Of a DNA stretch of 64,000 nt, positions 13,164 to 27,441 are shown one piece after another. Below the pieces are notes generated by a model. That model worked only from the letters and a program-made list of their open reading frames with translations. It made no database searches and was not told the origin of the DNA. The DNA is taken from contig NC_042999.1 of NCBI RefSeq assembly GCF_006345805.1, forward strand, positions 105,028,001-105,092,000. Direction: 5' to 3'. The stretch comes from Octopus sinensis (Eukaryota). The position numbers were made by a program, and so were the translations under genes. Position 1 is the first letter of the stretch; each line of letters begins with the position of its first letter.

Positions 13164-13670
13164 AGAGAGAGAGAGTAGCGCATTCCATGAAAGTGACGCT
13201 GGAGTACAAATATACGAACCCAAGTATTATCAAGCACATACGTCACAGCCATATGTGCATAACATGGTAGTCACATATCAAGATAAACAGCGCACGATCT
13301 TTCAGGTGGGGCACTGTTAGAATTTTCTCCAGATCCTGTAGCCAACTCTGCTTAAAAAGCTCCCTGAATAAGCTTGTTTAAGAGTGATGAACGAAACACC
13401 TTTTCCAGAGGTATATCATTCAAAATTTAAGAAATTTCTCTCAACACATCGCTATGATACCCTAACCCACTACCACCGCTTGTGATCAGAGATGCACATA
13501 TGTTTAACCACTAATGGACATGTTCAACTGGTTACGTTCACCAACTGAAAAGAAAATCGCCGTGATTGAGCAGGATATTTGCTGTAGAGCATCTTTGCAT
13601 CAAGCAATACATTTACATTACCAGTCAATTAAATCAGAAGCTATCAGAACCATTGTCTGAGACTGCATCA
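13164..13670. mobile_element. ~550-bp non-coding interspersed element, copy 1
   Basis: Colinear with 16187-16740 over its whole length; flanked by trinucleotide tracts. Confidence 0.8.
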
Positions 13671-13677
13671 CAAAATG

Positions 13678-13679
<2 letters not shown>

Positions 13680-13732
<53 letters not shown>

Positions 13733-13749
13733 GTAAAAATAATAATGAT

Positions 13750-13823
<74 letters not shown>

Positions 13824-13843
13824 TAATAATAATAATAATGATG

Positions 13844-13899
<56 letters not shown>

Positions 13900-13910
13900 T
13901 ATCATTATTA
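13680..13910. repeat. (AAT)n/(AAC)n microsatellite
   Basis: Direct reading. Confidence 0.95.
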
Positions 13911-13924
13911 TTATATAAGTGTTC

Positions 13925-14530
13925 AATATTTGATAGATGGAAGCAAATTTCTACTGCATCAGCTGCTACACCTCCGTGTTACTGGGGTATGTGCAGCATT
14001 GCGTTCTCTTTTGCTGTTGCGAGTGTGCGAATTCTTACCGGTATTGTATTGAGTTAGCATTTTTTGTACTGTGTGTTGAGTGTGTAATACTTTGGTTTCC
14101 TGGATTGCTGATGACAGTTTATTTTACTGGGTAACTGCTGTATAGAATGTGTCTTGTATTTGTGGGTTGTATTGTTTACGATGTATTGATAGCACAGGAT
14201 GTGGGCTGTCCCTAGCAGGGCTATTTTTAGGACAGTGTGTATCGTTGAGAATTCAGATATAGTGTCTACATCTTTCTTCATAAGATTTTTTCTTATCATG
14301 CACAGTGCTCCAATTATTACTGCTATTGTTTTCAGCTTCACGCCCCACATTTTGAATACCTCAATTTCGAGGTCTTTTTACTTTGACAATCTCTCCACTT
14401 ATTTTTTGACAATATTTTAATGAGACGGGACTGCAATATCTATCCGTAAGCGGGTGTTTTTCCCCAATCTTTTACTATTATGACTGGAGGATTAGCTTTT
14501 ATTTCTTTGTTGATTTCAACCGGCATATCC
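13925..14530 (-). mobile_element. R4/Dong-like LINE 3' fragment
   Basis: MWGVKLKTIAVIIGAL..KIALLGTAHIL; RPQSSGICR-like PD region near 14520. Confidence 0.75.
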
Positions 14531-14579
14531 CAGATGATTGTGGCCTGTTCGTCCGGCGAAAAGAATAGCCGCAGAACAG

Positions 14580-15830
14580 AGCAAGCAAATTGTAAAAGTC
14601 AGTGGCAGTAACAGCAGTAGGAAATTATCTTTCTCCTAGTAGAAAGTCACTTTCTCCTGTATGAAAATAACTTTCTACAAGTAGAAATTTCAGCACCCCC
14701 ACGACAACAACAACAACACTCGTGAGAAAAACTTCCATCTCCACCGCTGCCAGTGGCGAAGTGGCCACCACTAACATCATACACGAAAAATCAAGAACAA
14801 GGAAAAGAAACTATGCAAGTGCGCTGACAGCGGTTTTGCCGACGCAACGAGGCAAATAAGAGAAGAAATTTTCATAAATGAAAATGAATTTAAAAGTGCA
14901 GAATATATGGTGGGGAAATGTGGATGAAATGTGTTACTAACTGTTCCTAAATATCTCCAGCAAGAAACTAATTTGCAGACGGTTCAATGCAAAACAACCG
15001 GAACGAGTATTAGATTAGAGCAGGCAGCGTACCAGTTGATAGAAAAATGTCTGCGACCAAATTTGAAGGGCATGATTTATATAACCATTGAAGGCCGGGG
15101 AATGGCAGTATCGATGTGAGTTTGGCTTCAGAGGAAGAGATCAAAAGACACTCAACAGACACTTTACCAAGGCTTGTAGAATGCATAAGCAGATCTGAGT
15201 AGCACAGGATATGCAGTTGTTGATACAGGCAGATCAACCGGGTGTTGACTTCATCATCCTACCTGATGGCACGAATCTTTACATGACTGTTGCAAGTAGA
15301 AGGCCGTGATATCACTTGTGCATGCTCCAAAATCACCCGATGTCTTTTCTGCATTCCACGTGAACTAGGACGTGGGGAAATTGTGTTGGTATATGCAAAC
15401 GACTTTACCGTTATAGTATCGAAAACCAGACACATAGACCTGACCAGCATTGTTCCAAAAAGATACGAGGTGACAGGAACAAAAATTAACTAAAAAATGA
15501 GAGTGGGCCTGCAGCTCGGCACCTGGACAGGTCGATCCATGGGGTTTCATAACGTTGTGGCACGCTGGACATAGGGACCAGTTAAATTGCATGGCGTGTG
15601 GTTTTGTCCGAATCTTCAGGTGGAGTGGTGGGCGAGGTAAGAAAGGGAAGTGAAGTTAGAGAGGGAGGTATTCCCCCCAGCAATTTTATTGAAAGGTGGC
15701 TGACTGTAATAAGAATGGCCCGAGTAAACGGACCGACTATAAGCATGTGCTAATATACGATAAGAAAAAGGAACTTACCCCAGTGGTCAGGACCTCCGTG
15801 GTTTTGTGGGGTTTCCTCACGCAGCCCTTC
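14580..15830 (+). mobile_element. Internally deleted, decayed Tx1/L1-like LINE
   Basis: IPRELGRG..VYANDFTVIVS..YEVTGTKIN*K.S.GLQLGTW resembles L1/Tx1 RT domains 5-7; 3' atggcccgagtaaa motif shared with 19110. Confidence 0.6.
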
Positions 15831-15984
15831 GAAATTTCCCTCTTTCGGAGAATTTTTCATTCTTAAAACTGATTTTATCGTTGTCACTGTTTACACACTC
15901 CAGTCTATGAAAAACCTCACATTGTATTGTTTTGTACCGTTCCTTATATTTCTATGAACCCCTAGTGGATTATAAAGTAAACAT

Positions 15985-16186
15985 TCTTCTTCTTCTTCTT
16001 CTTCTTCTTCTTCTTCTTCTTCTTCTTCTTCTTCTTCTTCTTCTTCTTTCTTCTTCTTCTTCTTCTTCTTCTTGTCCTCATCCTCCTCCTTCACATCCTC
16101 CTCCTTGTTCTTGTTCTTGTTCTTCTTGTTCTTGTTCTTGTTCTTGTTCTTCTTGTTCTTCTTCTTTCTTCTTCTTCTTCTTATTG
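15985..16186. repeat. (TTC)n compound microsatellite
   Basis: Direct reading. Confidence 0.95.
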
Positions 16187-16740
16187 AGTGAGAGAGCAGT
16201 GAATACCCTCAAAGTGAAACTGGGGTAAAATATACGAAGCTCAGAATACCCATCATGACTCCCCGTCTGATAAGGGTACACCAGGAACATGCATCTCCAC
16301 CATATGTACATGACATGGTCAACTCATATGAAGAAAAACAGCGTATGAACTTTCAGGTGGGGCGCAGTTAGAATTTTCTTCTGATCGAGTAGCCCATTCT
16401 GCTCAAAAGGTCCCTGAATAAGGATCGTTTAAGGATGTTGAACGAACCACCCCTGTTTCAAAAGTTGAATTATCCAAACCTCTAAGAATGCCTTTCAACA
16501 CACGGCTATGATGCTCCTCCACTACTTCTGCTCATGATCAGAGATGCACATATCGTCAGCCACTAAGGGACATGATCAACTGGTTAAGGTGAAACAACTG
16601 ACAAGCAAATCTGTGGTATTGAGCAGAATATTTGCTGTAGCCCATCTTTTATACCAAGACAAAACAATGTACAAGATAACACTTCCGATCAGTTAAGATC
16701 AGAAACCATGAGAGCCACTGTCTGGTACTGCATCAGGGCA
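16187..16740. mobile_element. ~550-bp non-coding interspersed element, copy 2
   Basis: Colinear with 13164-13670. Confidence 0.8.
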
Positions 16741-16806
16741 TTTTATTATCCTCCTCCTCTTCTTCCTTCCTCCTCCTCCTCATCATCATTATTATTATTT
16801 TTTAAC

Positions 16807-16837
<31 letters not shown>

Positions 16838-17745
16838 GACGGCAGCTAGCTGGCAAAATCGTTACTGCACCGGACAAAATGCTTAGCGGCATTTCATTAG
16901 ATTGTGCTCAAATCCCGTTAAGCATCGATGAAATAGGTACCAGCCAGGCACTAGTGTCAATGAAATCAATGTAGGCCCCTACTCTCAAAATTGAGGCCTT
17001 GTGTCTATTGTGGAAAATATTATTATTATTATTATTATTATTAAGTCAACAAAATGCAGCGAACTGGCACAATCACTATTGCACTGGACAAATTACTTAG
17101 GTGCATATCGCCCATGTTTACGTTCCGAGTTCAAATCGAGTTCAAGTCGACTTTGGCTTTCATCTCATCGTAGTCGATTAAAAATGTGTCAGTTGGGTAC
17201 TGGGCTCGATGTAATCAAAATTTCAGGCCTTCTGCCTGTAGTAGAACTGATTAAGGGGGCGAGCTGGCAGAATCTTTAGTATACAGGACTAAATGCTTTG
17301 CGGTATTTTGACCGTTTCACATTCCGAATTGAAATTTCGTCGAAGGCAATTTTGCATGTTTTCCCGTTGGCACACCGGGCAAAATGATGAGCGATATCTC
17401 GTCCGACTTTTCGTTGTGAATTTATATTACGCTGAGGTCGACATTTCATCCTTTCAGGGTGTTGAAAATAAGTAAGAGTTGAGTACTGGGATTGATGTGA
17501 TCGACTGTCCTCCTCCCCACAAAAATCCAAACCTTGTGCCTATAGTAGAAATGATTATTATTATCATTATTATTAAGGCGGTGATCTAGCATAATCTTTA
17601 GAGTGTTGGACAAAATAGTTGGTAGCATTGCTCCTGGTTTTTTATGTTATGATGTCAAATCCTACCGCTGGTAACTTCCCTTCAACCTTCCGAGGTCAAT
17701 AGAATAAGTACCAGTTGAGCACCATCCTCCAAAGTTTCTGGCCTT
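16838..17745 (+). mobile_element. Cluster of ~4 SINE family A copies separated by (ATT)n
   Basis: Heads at ~16838, 17050, 17255, 17575; gagctggcagaatc, gagttcaaat (B box-like), gaggtcgac.tt..catcctttc.gg. Confidence 0.8.
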
Positions 17746-18689
17746 CAGCACAAGTCATGAAACACTTATTATTACTTGTTTATTTCTTTCATTTAAAAAG
17801 TCGTGTATCGCTCCGTAATGCTTGAAAATCATAACTGTCTAACAGCCATTTTTCGAACATGGTGTAATTTCTTAGACCTACTTTTTATCGCAGAACGAAA
17901 CATGATGCAAAGAGACGGATTTGTTCCATTGTTTAGTATTTTGTTGCGAATTATATAAGTTTTTTTTTAAAAATATATTTTAATGAACATTTTGTTCGAA
18001 ACAGTACTATATTTGCGAACCGGCTATTAAGAAAACTTGGCAAGAAAAAGAATGAGAAGTGAGGTGATGGAATTTGCTATTTAGACTGAAGTGTTACACA
18101 TCACCTCGACACAAAATACATCTACCGCTATCATTAACACCACTGATTCGAAAAAGCTGATTGATGAAGAATGAACATCAAGAATGATTGATGAACAACA
18201 CCATTCTGTCGAACAGAACAACAACGAATCTAAAATTATTATCAGCAACAAGAACGAAAATATGATAGCGGAGAGAAGAAAAACAAAGTATGGTTAGCGG
18301 CAATAACAGTAAGAATAATAGCGTCCAATTAATCAAGTTCACAAGCATGGAAAACAAACCCATTACCATCCTCATCAGCAGCAGCAACGTCACCACCACT
18401 ACGACCGCGATCTCGCTTTGCTGTGATTGACAATATACAAATCCGAGCTAAAGCTGCGTTATCTATAGATGTTTGCGAAAATTGACTAAGTGCATTCACC
18501 CTTTCTCAGACACGTTTCTCCAAATTCTCATTTATTTAGGTGAGGCGAAGAGCAAAATCAGGTGTCAGATTTCTGTATACTTCATAGAAACAGTCATTTT
18601 CACATCATACGATACGGCTAGTACAACGTGTTACCTTAACATTCAGAGAGCCTTAATTTTAGACGACTAGGATAGATAAAAAGATTGAT

Positions 18690-19330
18690 TTGTTTCTTGT
18701 GCTGGGACTAATGACAGAACAGTATGGATAACCTCCACGAAGGCATGGTGTACAACTTCGACAAAAACCCTACAAGCTAGGAAATGCCCTCAGCTAGGTC
18801 TCTTTGAGATGGATGTAAGCTGGTAGATTAATTTAATTTTCCAGTCAGTCTTTTCCCGTCATGGGTTCAGTATGTCAAGAATTTTGGCGAACTGCTTTTG
18901 AGAAAGTTTTGGAGGATTGAGCCAGCTGCCAAGAATTTATTTTACAGAGAACTAAAATCATATCTAACTCGCTTTCGTAGCTATACCTATAGACGTTTCA
19001 GAATTGTTAAAAAGCGGATAGTTCCGGTGAAACATTCGTTAATGTTGTGATGATCGATTTCTAGTCTATAGCGTGGGTGAAGGTGTTTGAAAAATGGATG
19101 AAAATGGTGAATATGGCCCGAGTAAATTGGTCTACCCTCAGTAGGAGTTTGTACACAGGAGAATAGCAACCGAGAAAAGGTATTTATCGTTTGTGATCAG
19201 GGTTATTCTGGATTTGTGTGGTTATTTTAAATTTCAGTTGGTTGTCTCCTCTATTGGTTTTCTATTTTATTTTATATTGTTGCTTGCATTTTGTACGATG
19301 TAATCAATGCCTCATCTTATTGTATTTTTA
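18690..19330 (+). mobile_element. Decayed Tx1/L1-like 3' fragment
   Basis: FEKWMKMVNMARVN motif resembles 15700-15750. Confidence 0.4.
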
Positions 19331-19384
19331 ACTTTGTATTTTCCTCGAACATAATTACAGCCAATAGAAATTGTTATTATTGTT

Positions 19385-19555
19385 GGTAATACAGAATCGT
19401 TAGCACGTCGCACAAAATTCTTCACCGCATTTCTTTCAGCTTTATGCTCTGAGTTCAAATTTAGCCGAGGCCAAACATTTTACTTCCTTTCAGGGTCGAT
19501 AACATAAGTAACAGTTGAAGACTGGTGTCGATTAAACCGACTTACCCCTCCCTCA
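19385..19555 (+). mobile_element. SINE family A copy
   Basis: cagaatcgttagcacg..ctgagttcaaat..cagggtcgataa. Confidence 0.8.
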
Positions 19556-21399
19556 AAAGTCTAGTAAGATAGAAATAAGAAATGTGCCAATGATAGAAAT
19601 GAGTATTATTATTATTGTTGTTGTTAATAAAATCATCATCATTCTCCTTATGAGTGCTCGATCGATTAAAATTATACATCCATCTACATATGCGCTAACT
19701 GAACTATCTTTTAGCAAGACTAGCAGAGAAATTTCTTTCTCCGATACGACAGTTACCCTAGTCACTGCTCGTCAGCTTGAGGGGTTGGGGGTTGCCACTT
19801 GGCAGGTCATTTGTCAGGACGTAAAGAGCTTGAAAAGATACAATAAAACATCTTGCGATAACATCTGTCGATGATTTAAGCAATCGACCACACTTGTAGA
19901 TACTTCGTTATCCACCTCGGAATGATGAAGATCAAAGTTAACCTCAGCTGGTCTTGAACTTAAAGGAAGGATTCTCCACCGAAACATAACAATAGATTCG
20001 ATTTAGTGCCAATTCGTATCCTCTAACTCATTATTGAGCATATTCACATTTCGATAGAGGTCTCTAAAAAATAATGGCTTATCAAATTTTACAGGAAAAA
20101 ATTGTTTTAATTATTTTGTAAACAGTGGGCTTCGAAACGTTTGTTAGTCTATTCTAATGTCTGAAGTTCACTACAGACTTGCTATTTAGATATTAATTGA
20201 CATCTTGTCGAATAATTTTCTTGTGTTTACAATCTATTCTATTAGAAGAGGAGTGATGGGCATTAACAAAACAGGAAATAACAATAGGCATTCCCCCTGA
20301 GAAGAAAATGATAAAATAATATTTGAATGCACGAAAACAAAATTAATAATTGATGAAATTTCAGATAAAACTAAAAAACAAATGCTCAATTCGTTAATTC
20401 GTTTGTAGAGGCAAGTCATCATTTGAAACTTGTAGACGCAAAAGCTATAATCAAAAGTTTATGTAAATAGATATTTTAAAACATAATAGCAAATATTCTA
20501 TACAAAATGTATTAAGAAAAAAACTCTATCATTCAAAATCTTGGCAGAATTCCGTTTATTGGACTGGCGTCAGCTTTCCACATTTCGTTATAGAAGAGAA
20601 ACGCAAAGTGCCTATACTTTGCCAAAAATACATAAGATTTTCGTATTCTTACCAAGAAGGAGTTTGATACAGCCCCGGTAGACACTACGTGACTACAAAA
20701 TAAGACCAGATGTGTGTCCTGTATTGAGTGATGACTCGAAGAACTTAAAATTAGGAACTCAAGGTACATAAATCATCATTTACTCATGTAGGAGAGAATC
20801 TTATTCAGAATCTTTTTGCGAAGAAAAAATGCAACAAATACTATAAAATAAATAAAAGCCCTATAGAACTAACGCTGCTCACACAAGTGCCTGTATCTAT
20901 AAAAAGTACAAGATGGAAATATATAGGAAACTAAATCAGGAATATTAGGTATCCTAATCAACACTAGTAGACATTCTAAAGCACATTTTATTTTATTCCG
21001 TTCTGTTATATATTGTATAATGCCCTTCGCCCCTCGTCTTCATAGAAATTATCTGTTGCATCTCACAGACCTTTGAAAACATCATGTTTAAAATTTCATT
21101 ACACTTTTAGGTTCTCTCCAAAACCCTGTGTCTAATAAAGTGTTATTTTATTATAATTATTTGCGCAGTGTTATGTCATGACTCCAGACATTTGTTCTTT
21201 CTCTCCACGATATAATTTAATTACAGTTTTACCGAGCAAAGCTCAGGCATTTTAAAATCTATTTTTTACTCTTTTCTATAATCTTTATATATGTTAATAG
21301 TTATTTCAAATGAGTTATTTGTAAGTGAATTAATTTAAATGAGCCATCTTTTTTGTCTTCAGAGTATGGTTTCCCCTCTCACTACAAAATCTGTCTGTA

Positions 21400-22500
21400 A
21401 ATTATATACGTATCACAAAGACGATATAATAATTAGGATGCCGTAGTGATATTTATCGACATGTTAACATTCATTGCGCAGACTTGTAACCGAAAGTTTT
21501 CCCAGATTTGATTATCCCACCTGCTCCCTTTCAGGCATAGTACACATTGGAAAATATTTGCCAATATATTTTCACCTTTTAAAGTTTGTCATCGGTCGCC
21601 ATCTTCATTCTTTCAACTGCAACAAAAGCGGACGTAATCATTCCCTACGCACGCGATCTTTCATATCAATTGCGGTCGCACGATTAGGTAATTATTCTTG
21701 GTAATCAAGAATGGCGTCACTGCGCAGAATTTGGCCTATTTTAAGCGTTGCTCGAGGGCGACTATGAGCTTTTTTATTGTAAGTACAAGTATTTTCACCA
21801 GCTCTTGAGGATAACTTTGTATACTGATTTGCTTAAACCGTAGCAACGCTTGTCCGTCAAATATTTTGCTTCATTTTCGTTTTAGTTTCAAAGTTTCTGC
21901 ACATATCTTTGATGTTGCTCTACATCCAGTGACGAAGTCATAATAAAAAATCAAGCAACTTCGCAAAAGTTTCCTTGTATGTTCAAAAAACGAATTTGTT
22001 GAGAAGAGTAATAAAAAATGTAATTACAAAAAATGTAATTACAAATCTGGGTAGATATTTCTTGAATTGATGCAACATAAAGCAAAATGTTTATAATATA
22101 CACTATTTGCTGCTCTCATTGATAGGGACTTGACAGCCATCTAAAGGTTTTAAATACTGTGATCCTATGAGATACTTCTAAAATGCGAGATAAATATTTG
22201 CAATTGATGTAGAAACAAATCAAGAGCTGCTGGGAATGTTAAGGTGATCTTAAATATAAATGTAAACGTATTTCACAAGAATATATAGATAAACGAAAAT
22301 GCCTTTACTACTATGTCCATTGCGCAGACTACGTGGAAGATGTCGGATACAACAAAATTGAGCTCAAAATATAAATTTATATCGTCTTAAGTGCCTTTCC
22401 TTTGGGTACAAGCGTAGCCACTACTCTTCGGAGCTTAGTGGTCTTCTGTTATTTCCGCTCAAGTATGCTTCGATCACTCATCTATTCTGCAGTTGTCAAC
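21400..22500 (-). pseudogene. Possible highly decayed hAT (ZMYM1-like) transposase
   Basis: KKLIVALEQRLK-like segment near 21760-21780 and weak hATC-like region near 21470-21570; many stops. Confidence 0.3.
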
Positions 22501-22884
22501 TGAAATGTGGCCACCGCATCAGGATCTGCAATAGCCCCTATACACACTTTCCTATACATTCTTCGAGTAGTGTTCTATCGAAGGATATGATTTTTTCCCC
22601 CAACAACCATTGTTAGCTTAGTCTCAGCAGTTTGCCAAAATCTACTAGTATAGCCATGTGTAGTGACTAATACAATAAAGTTGACCAAGCGTAGAGATAA
22701 CCGAGACAGGAAGAGGTAAATTTTGAGCACTGCATATCGTGTTCAATCTTACTCTAGATGAATGGATGGATAACTACCTACCTACCTATCTACCTACACT
22801 AAATCCGACCTAGAGGAGTATGTCTCCGCAATCCCAAAACAGGAGATAGCTATTAAATACTTGATAAAGCGGGACAAATATCCT

Positions 22885-23062
22885 TTTCTACTCTAGGCAC
22901 AAGGCCCGCAATTTTTGGGGAGAGGGACAGTCGATTAGATCAACTCTAGTATGCAACTGGTACTTAATTTATCGACCCCGAAAGAATGAAAGGCAAAGTC
23001 GACCTCGGCGGATTTTGAACGCAGAACGTAAAGAAATACCGCTAAGCCAGTTCGCCGCCTTA
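22885..23062 (-). mobile_element. SINE family A copy
   Basis: ttatcgaccccgaaagaatgaaaggcaaagtcgacctcggcgg..gccagttcgccgcc. Confidence 0.9.
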
Positions 23063-23092
23063 CAAGAAGGACAAATATATCACCAAACGTCC

Positions 23093-23158
<66 letters not shown>
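23093..23158. repeat. (ATCT)n microsatellite
   Basis: Direct reading. Confidence 0.95.
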
Positions 23159-23159
<1 letters not shown>

Positions 23160-23162
23160 AAT

Positions 23163-23556
23163 ATGTGGTAAGTAGCTTGTTTACCAACCACATGGTTCAG
23201 GGTTCAGTCCCACTGCGTGGCACCTTGGGCAAGTGCCTTCTAATATAGCCTCGGGGCGACCAAAGCCTTGTGAGTGGATTTGGTAGACGGAAACTGAAAG
23301 AAGCCCGTCGTATATATGTATATATATATATATGTGTGCGTGTATGTTTGTGTGTCTGTGTTTGTCCCCCTAGCATTGCTTGACAACCGATGCTGGTGTG
23401 TATATGTCCCCGTCACTTAGCAGTTCTGCAAAAGAGACCGATAGAATAAGTACTGGGCTTACAAAGAAAAAGTCCCGGGGCCGAGTTTCTCGATTAAAGG
23501 CGGTGCTCCAGCATGGCCGCAATCAAATGACTGAAACAAGTAAAATAGTAAAAGAG
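23163..23556 (+). mobile_element. SINE family B, near full length
   Basis: Same blocks as 10516-10930 in opposite orientation. Confidence 0.9.
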
Positions 23557-23615
<59 letters not shown>

Positions 23616-24307
23616 CAGGATGTGTGTCTGTCTGTGTGTTTGTCATGTCGTTAAATCTCGAGATCCACCCAACATATTTTAATGAAATTTTATACATGCA
23701 TTACATGGGGTCCATAGAGTGTCATGGTCCATAACAATTTTCAACTTCTTGCCTAATGCGGGCCCAGGGGCATATAAACCGCATTCTAAATCATTTTTGC
23801 AGTGTTAAGACCTTGAAGATTATCCATTTTGGCAGTGTTCAGACCTTGAAGTGTATGCAGTCACTTTCCTCCAAATTTGCAACGAACATTAATCAGGCTT
23901 CTCGAATTGCTGTTGACAAAAAAAAAAAACTCCGACGCTGAATATGTCCCCCATCCCAAATGCATTTTAATCAGATTTGAGTATACTGCACTGGGTTTTA
24001 TCTTTGTTTTAGGCCACTTTATTTATAAAATATTTTTCTAAATAATTACATATGTATAAGCAAATATAAGAATATATAAATTATGTATTTTCTGCCTCTT
24101 TTTGATTGATAAATATAGTGCTTCTTATCCTCATTTTTATTGCTGTGATCACTGTCTGCACAATACTAAACAGAGAAGAAGCAGTGTACATTGAAATGAG
24201 GCAGTATTAATGTGCCACTAATGACAATGCCGAAGTGTATATTTTTTGCCGTATTATTTTTTTCACCATAAAATCAAAATGTGTCCGACAACAACACTTT
24301 ATCAATA

Positions 24308-24987
24308 TACTAGCAGTAATACCCGTCGTTCATCGGATAATTACTTTTACTCTTTTTTATGAGTCACATTCAATGTATTATTATATATATAAAAGATTTG
24401 TCAACGGGGATGTCAGGGGAGAGTTTCAGGGAGTCGTTGGCGATGTATCGTGATGATTAAAAATCCGGCCTGCTAAAATTTGGTTAAAGTGATTCAAACT
24501 GCAGACTCAACGCAAAATAGTCACATTTAATTCAAAGTGTTAAAAATGTTATGAAAACAGTTGGTATGTATTCACAAAGTCCAAACGATTAATACGAAAA
24601 AACCCACCAAGCAACATCCCGAAAATTAATTTCTTTGCTGAATTTCTACAATGTTTACGGCGATTCGTTTTTATATCTTGATTTTTTATTTTTCATACAA
24701 TTTACGCCATCTTGCACGCGTGGTGAACACAGTTCGCGTCAGACAGCTGACTGAGTAAAGTTCACTATTTAGTGCATGGGATAAGGCCTAAACAAACACA
24801 TTATCGATTTTTGCACTTGCGAGATGAATTTCGGAACAAAAATAGCGCAGTTCAATTTTCATTCGCCTAAACTTTAAGTGACCCATTTTTGGTGGTTCTA
24901 CGATTTGTTGGCTAGGAGGAGATGTGCCGGGAAGTTAAACACACAGATACACACACAGACACACAAGTTGAGTTTTATATATATAGA
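24308..24987 (+). mobile_element. Non-autonomous Helitron/Helentron-like element
   Basis: 5' TACTAGCAG..CCCGTCGTTCATCGG; 3' acagacacacaagttgagttttatatatatagat; termini shared with 51151-51545. Confidence 0.55.
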
Positions 24988-25119
24988 TGTAACTATATAT
25001 GGAACAAGCATTTGCTAAACTGAAGTCTGCATATGTCTTTTGAAATTACACATGTGGTGTCAAAGATTTTAAGGGATATCCTCCGAAAGTTTGTATAAAA
25101 TTTTGAGAATTATTGCAAA

Positions 25120-25332
25120 TATTTGCTTCAAATTTTGACACAATCCCATCAGTTTTGTGGGGTGGGGATGCGATGTCAATTACATCAATTCCCAATATTC
25201 ATTTTATCGACCCCGAAAGGATGAAAAGGGAAGTCGACCTCCGTGAGATTTGAACTCAGAACGTAAGGACGGACGAAATGAGTCTAAGTATTTTGCCTGG
25301 TATGCTAACGATTCTACCAGTTCACCGCCTTA
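25120..25332 (-). mobile_element. SINE family A copy
   Basis: ttatcgaccccgaaaggatgaaaa..gtcgacctc..ttgaactcagaacgtaa. Confidence 0.85.
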
Positions 25333-27207
25333 ATTCTTTCTTAATACTCAAGCACAAACGTTCAGATTAATTTCCCTTGACAGAGGCATAACGGTTATTG
25401 GTTTCTAATTGAGGAACAACGTTAGCCATTTTGAGGGAAGGAATTTTGATATCATCAACCCTAGTATTAGATTGATGACCTATTTCAAAGGGAGGAGAGG
25501 CAAGGTTGACATAAGCGGGATTTGAACTAAGAACATAAATACTACTCTAGTTCACGCCTGTTAACATAACACAATTTAAAAGAAGAAATATAATAAGTTA
25601 AGAAACATCTTTAAGCTGTTGTTATATAAAAACATACAAGGTTGCGAACGCGGAGAATCATTCGCACACCATATAACATGGTTAGGTACATTTTTTGTGG
25701 CTCTTTACTTTCAGAGTTCAAATGCCGCCGAAGTTGTCTCTTGTTTTCATCGTTTCGGGATCAAAAATATAAGAATGAATTTAGTACTCAGGTCCATGTA
25801 ATCGATTATCTTTTTCACCCACAATTTCAGGTCGTGTGGTCTAAAATAGAAATAATTATGTAAAGACGAATCTCTATCTCTGAACGAGTAAATATGTGAT
25901 TTAAAACACCCATTTAAATGATACCGCTTTTCTTGTTTTTATAAAATTCGCAGCTACATTATCTGCTACATTATGTGGATGTTCTTTCCATACGCAAAAC
26001 AAGAGGGTGTTGTTTAAGGAGTATTCAGCAACTATTTTTTGCAGAGTGAGCAACCTCACAGTGCCCTTTTGGCGGGTCGTTATTGCCAAGTGTCTGGAAT
26101 ACGTGTGTCTGAAACCGTAGGCTTCACTGATGAAATAAAATTGATAATGAAATGTAAATAAATTACAGTAAACTGTATTAAATATACAAGACTTCATCAA
26201 TCAAAACATACAGAAAATGTCAGCCAAAACTCTATTCATACAACCATTTTCTTTTATGATACCATTCTTTTTTAGGGAAAACTTTTATACAAAGTATTAT
26301 CAGGAATTAAATTCAGCAGCAAAAAAAAATACACAATACAGAGAAAATTATGTTTGTCAATATTTTGTATGAAAAGAGAACATTTTCAATATTTTCTATG
26401 AAGAGACAAAAAATAGAATGCTTTAACTTATAAAGACTTCAGTCAGAATATAAACAAACTTTTTTGTCATGTAAAACTTTTTATTAGACGTATACCTTAC
26501 TACCAAAATATAATCTCATTCAGAATTTAGCTTGCAAAATATTGTAATCTGGACGCTATTTTCTTACAAAGATATTGAATAGTTTTTACAAGATACAAGG
26601 ATAATTATATATAGTAAAGGAAACGTAGTGGTCTATGTTTTTCTCAAGAGGGATATGTCATAAATCAGGTGACTTGATGGAAGCAATGAAGTTAATGTTT
26701 CCTTGTAGCAAATTTAATTCATTTGGCCACACCGACGTTCAAAATGTGAGCATCTTGTCTTCTTTACTGGTGTATTATCTTCCGGCCCTTAACATCCTGA
26801 GTGAATATCCCGCAGAGATCAACTTTATATTTCATACTGTTAGAGTCGATAAAATAAGTACCGGCTGAATAATAGTGCCAATACAATCAACTAACCTCCT
26901 CCCCCTAGATTTACCAGCTTTGTGTCACAAGTTGTAATCGTTATATTCCAGATTTCCTAGCGTAATGTTTTTACTCACTTGTAGGGTAGCTATGGACAGA
27001 ATTTTAAGGATAATCGTTTGCTTTGCTGAATTACAAAATAATAACATAACAGCACAATGTGCATCATAGTAGTATGCACACAATTCAAAACGGCAGAAAT
27101 GAAAATAAAACAGATCACCTAGTAACAATAGATTGTTAACAAATAAACGTCACCCCACACAGTCGATATCGTTACATAATAAAAATCGTCTGCACACACG
27201 CACGTAT

Positions 27208-27441
27208 ATGTTTCTTTACTACCCACAAGAGGCTAAACATAGAGGGGACAAACAAGGACAGACAAACAGATTAAGTCAAATATATCGACTCCAGTGCGTA
27301 ACTGGTACTTATTTAATCGACACCGAAAGGATGAAAGGCAAAGTCGACCTCGGCGGAATTTGAACTCAGAACGTAACGGCAGACGAAATACGGCTATGCA
27401 TTTCGCCCGGCGTGCTAACTTTTCTGCCAGCTCGCCGCCCT
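27208..27441 (-). mobile_element. SINE family A, long 3' variant
   Basis: Reverse complement of 28467-28699. Confidence 0.9.

Noticed and set aside
13618-14052. Long poly-Asn/Ile ORFs (also poly-YI, poly-Leu, poly-Ser and poly-His ORFs elsewhere, e.g. 37471-38129)
   Set aside because: These are translations of microsatellites that lack stop codons, not genes.
14100-14150. CTGATGA-CAGT-loop-ACTG hairpin
   Set aside because: Followed by GGTAA rather than GAAA; no helix I or III.
25990-26130. Unique, higher-complexity segment with splice-like signals on both strands
   Set aside because: Strand and frame are ambiguous and no domain was recognised. The CTGATGA at 26125 has no valid helix II or GAAA order either.
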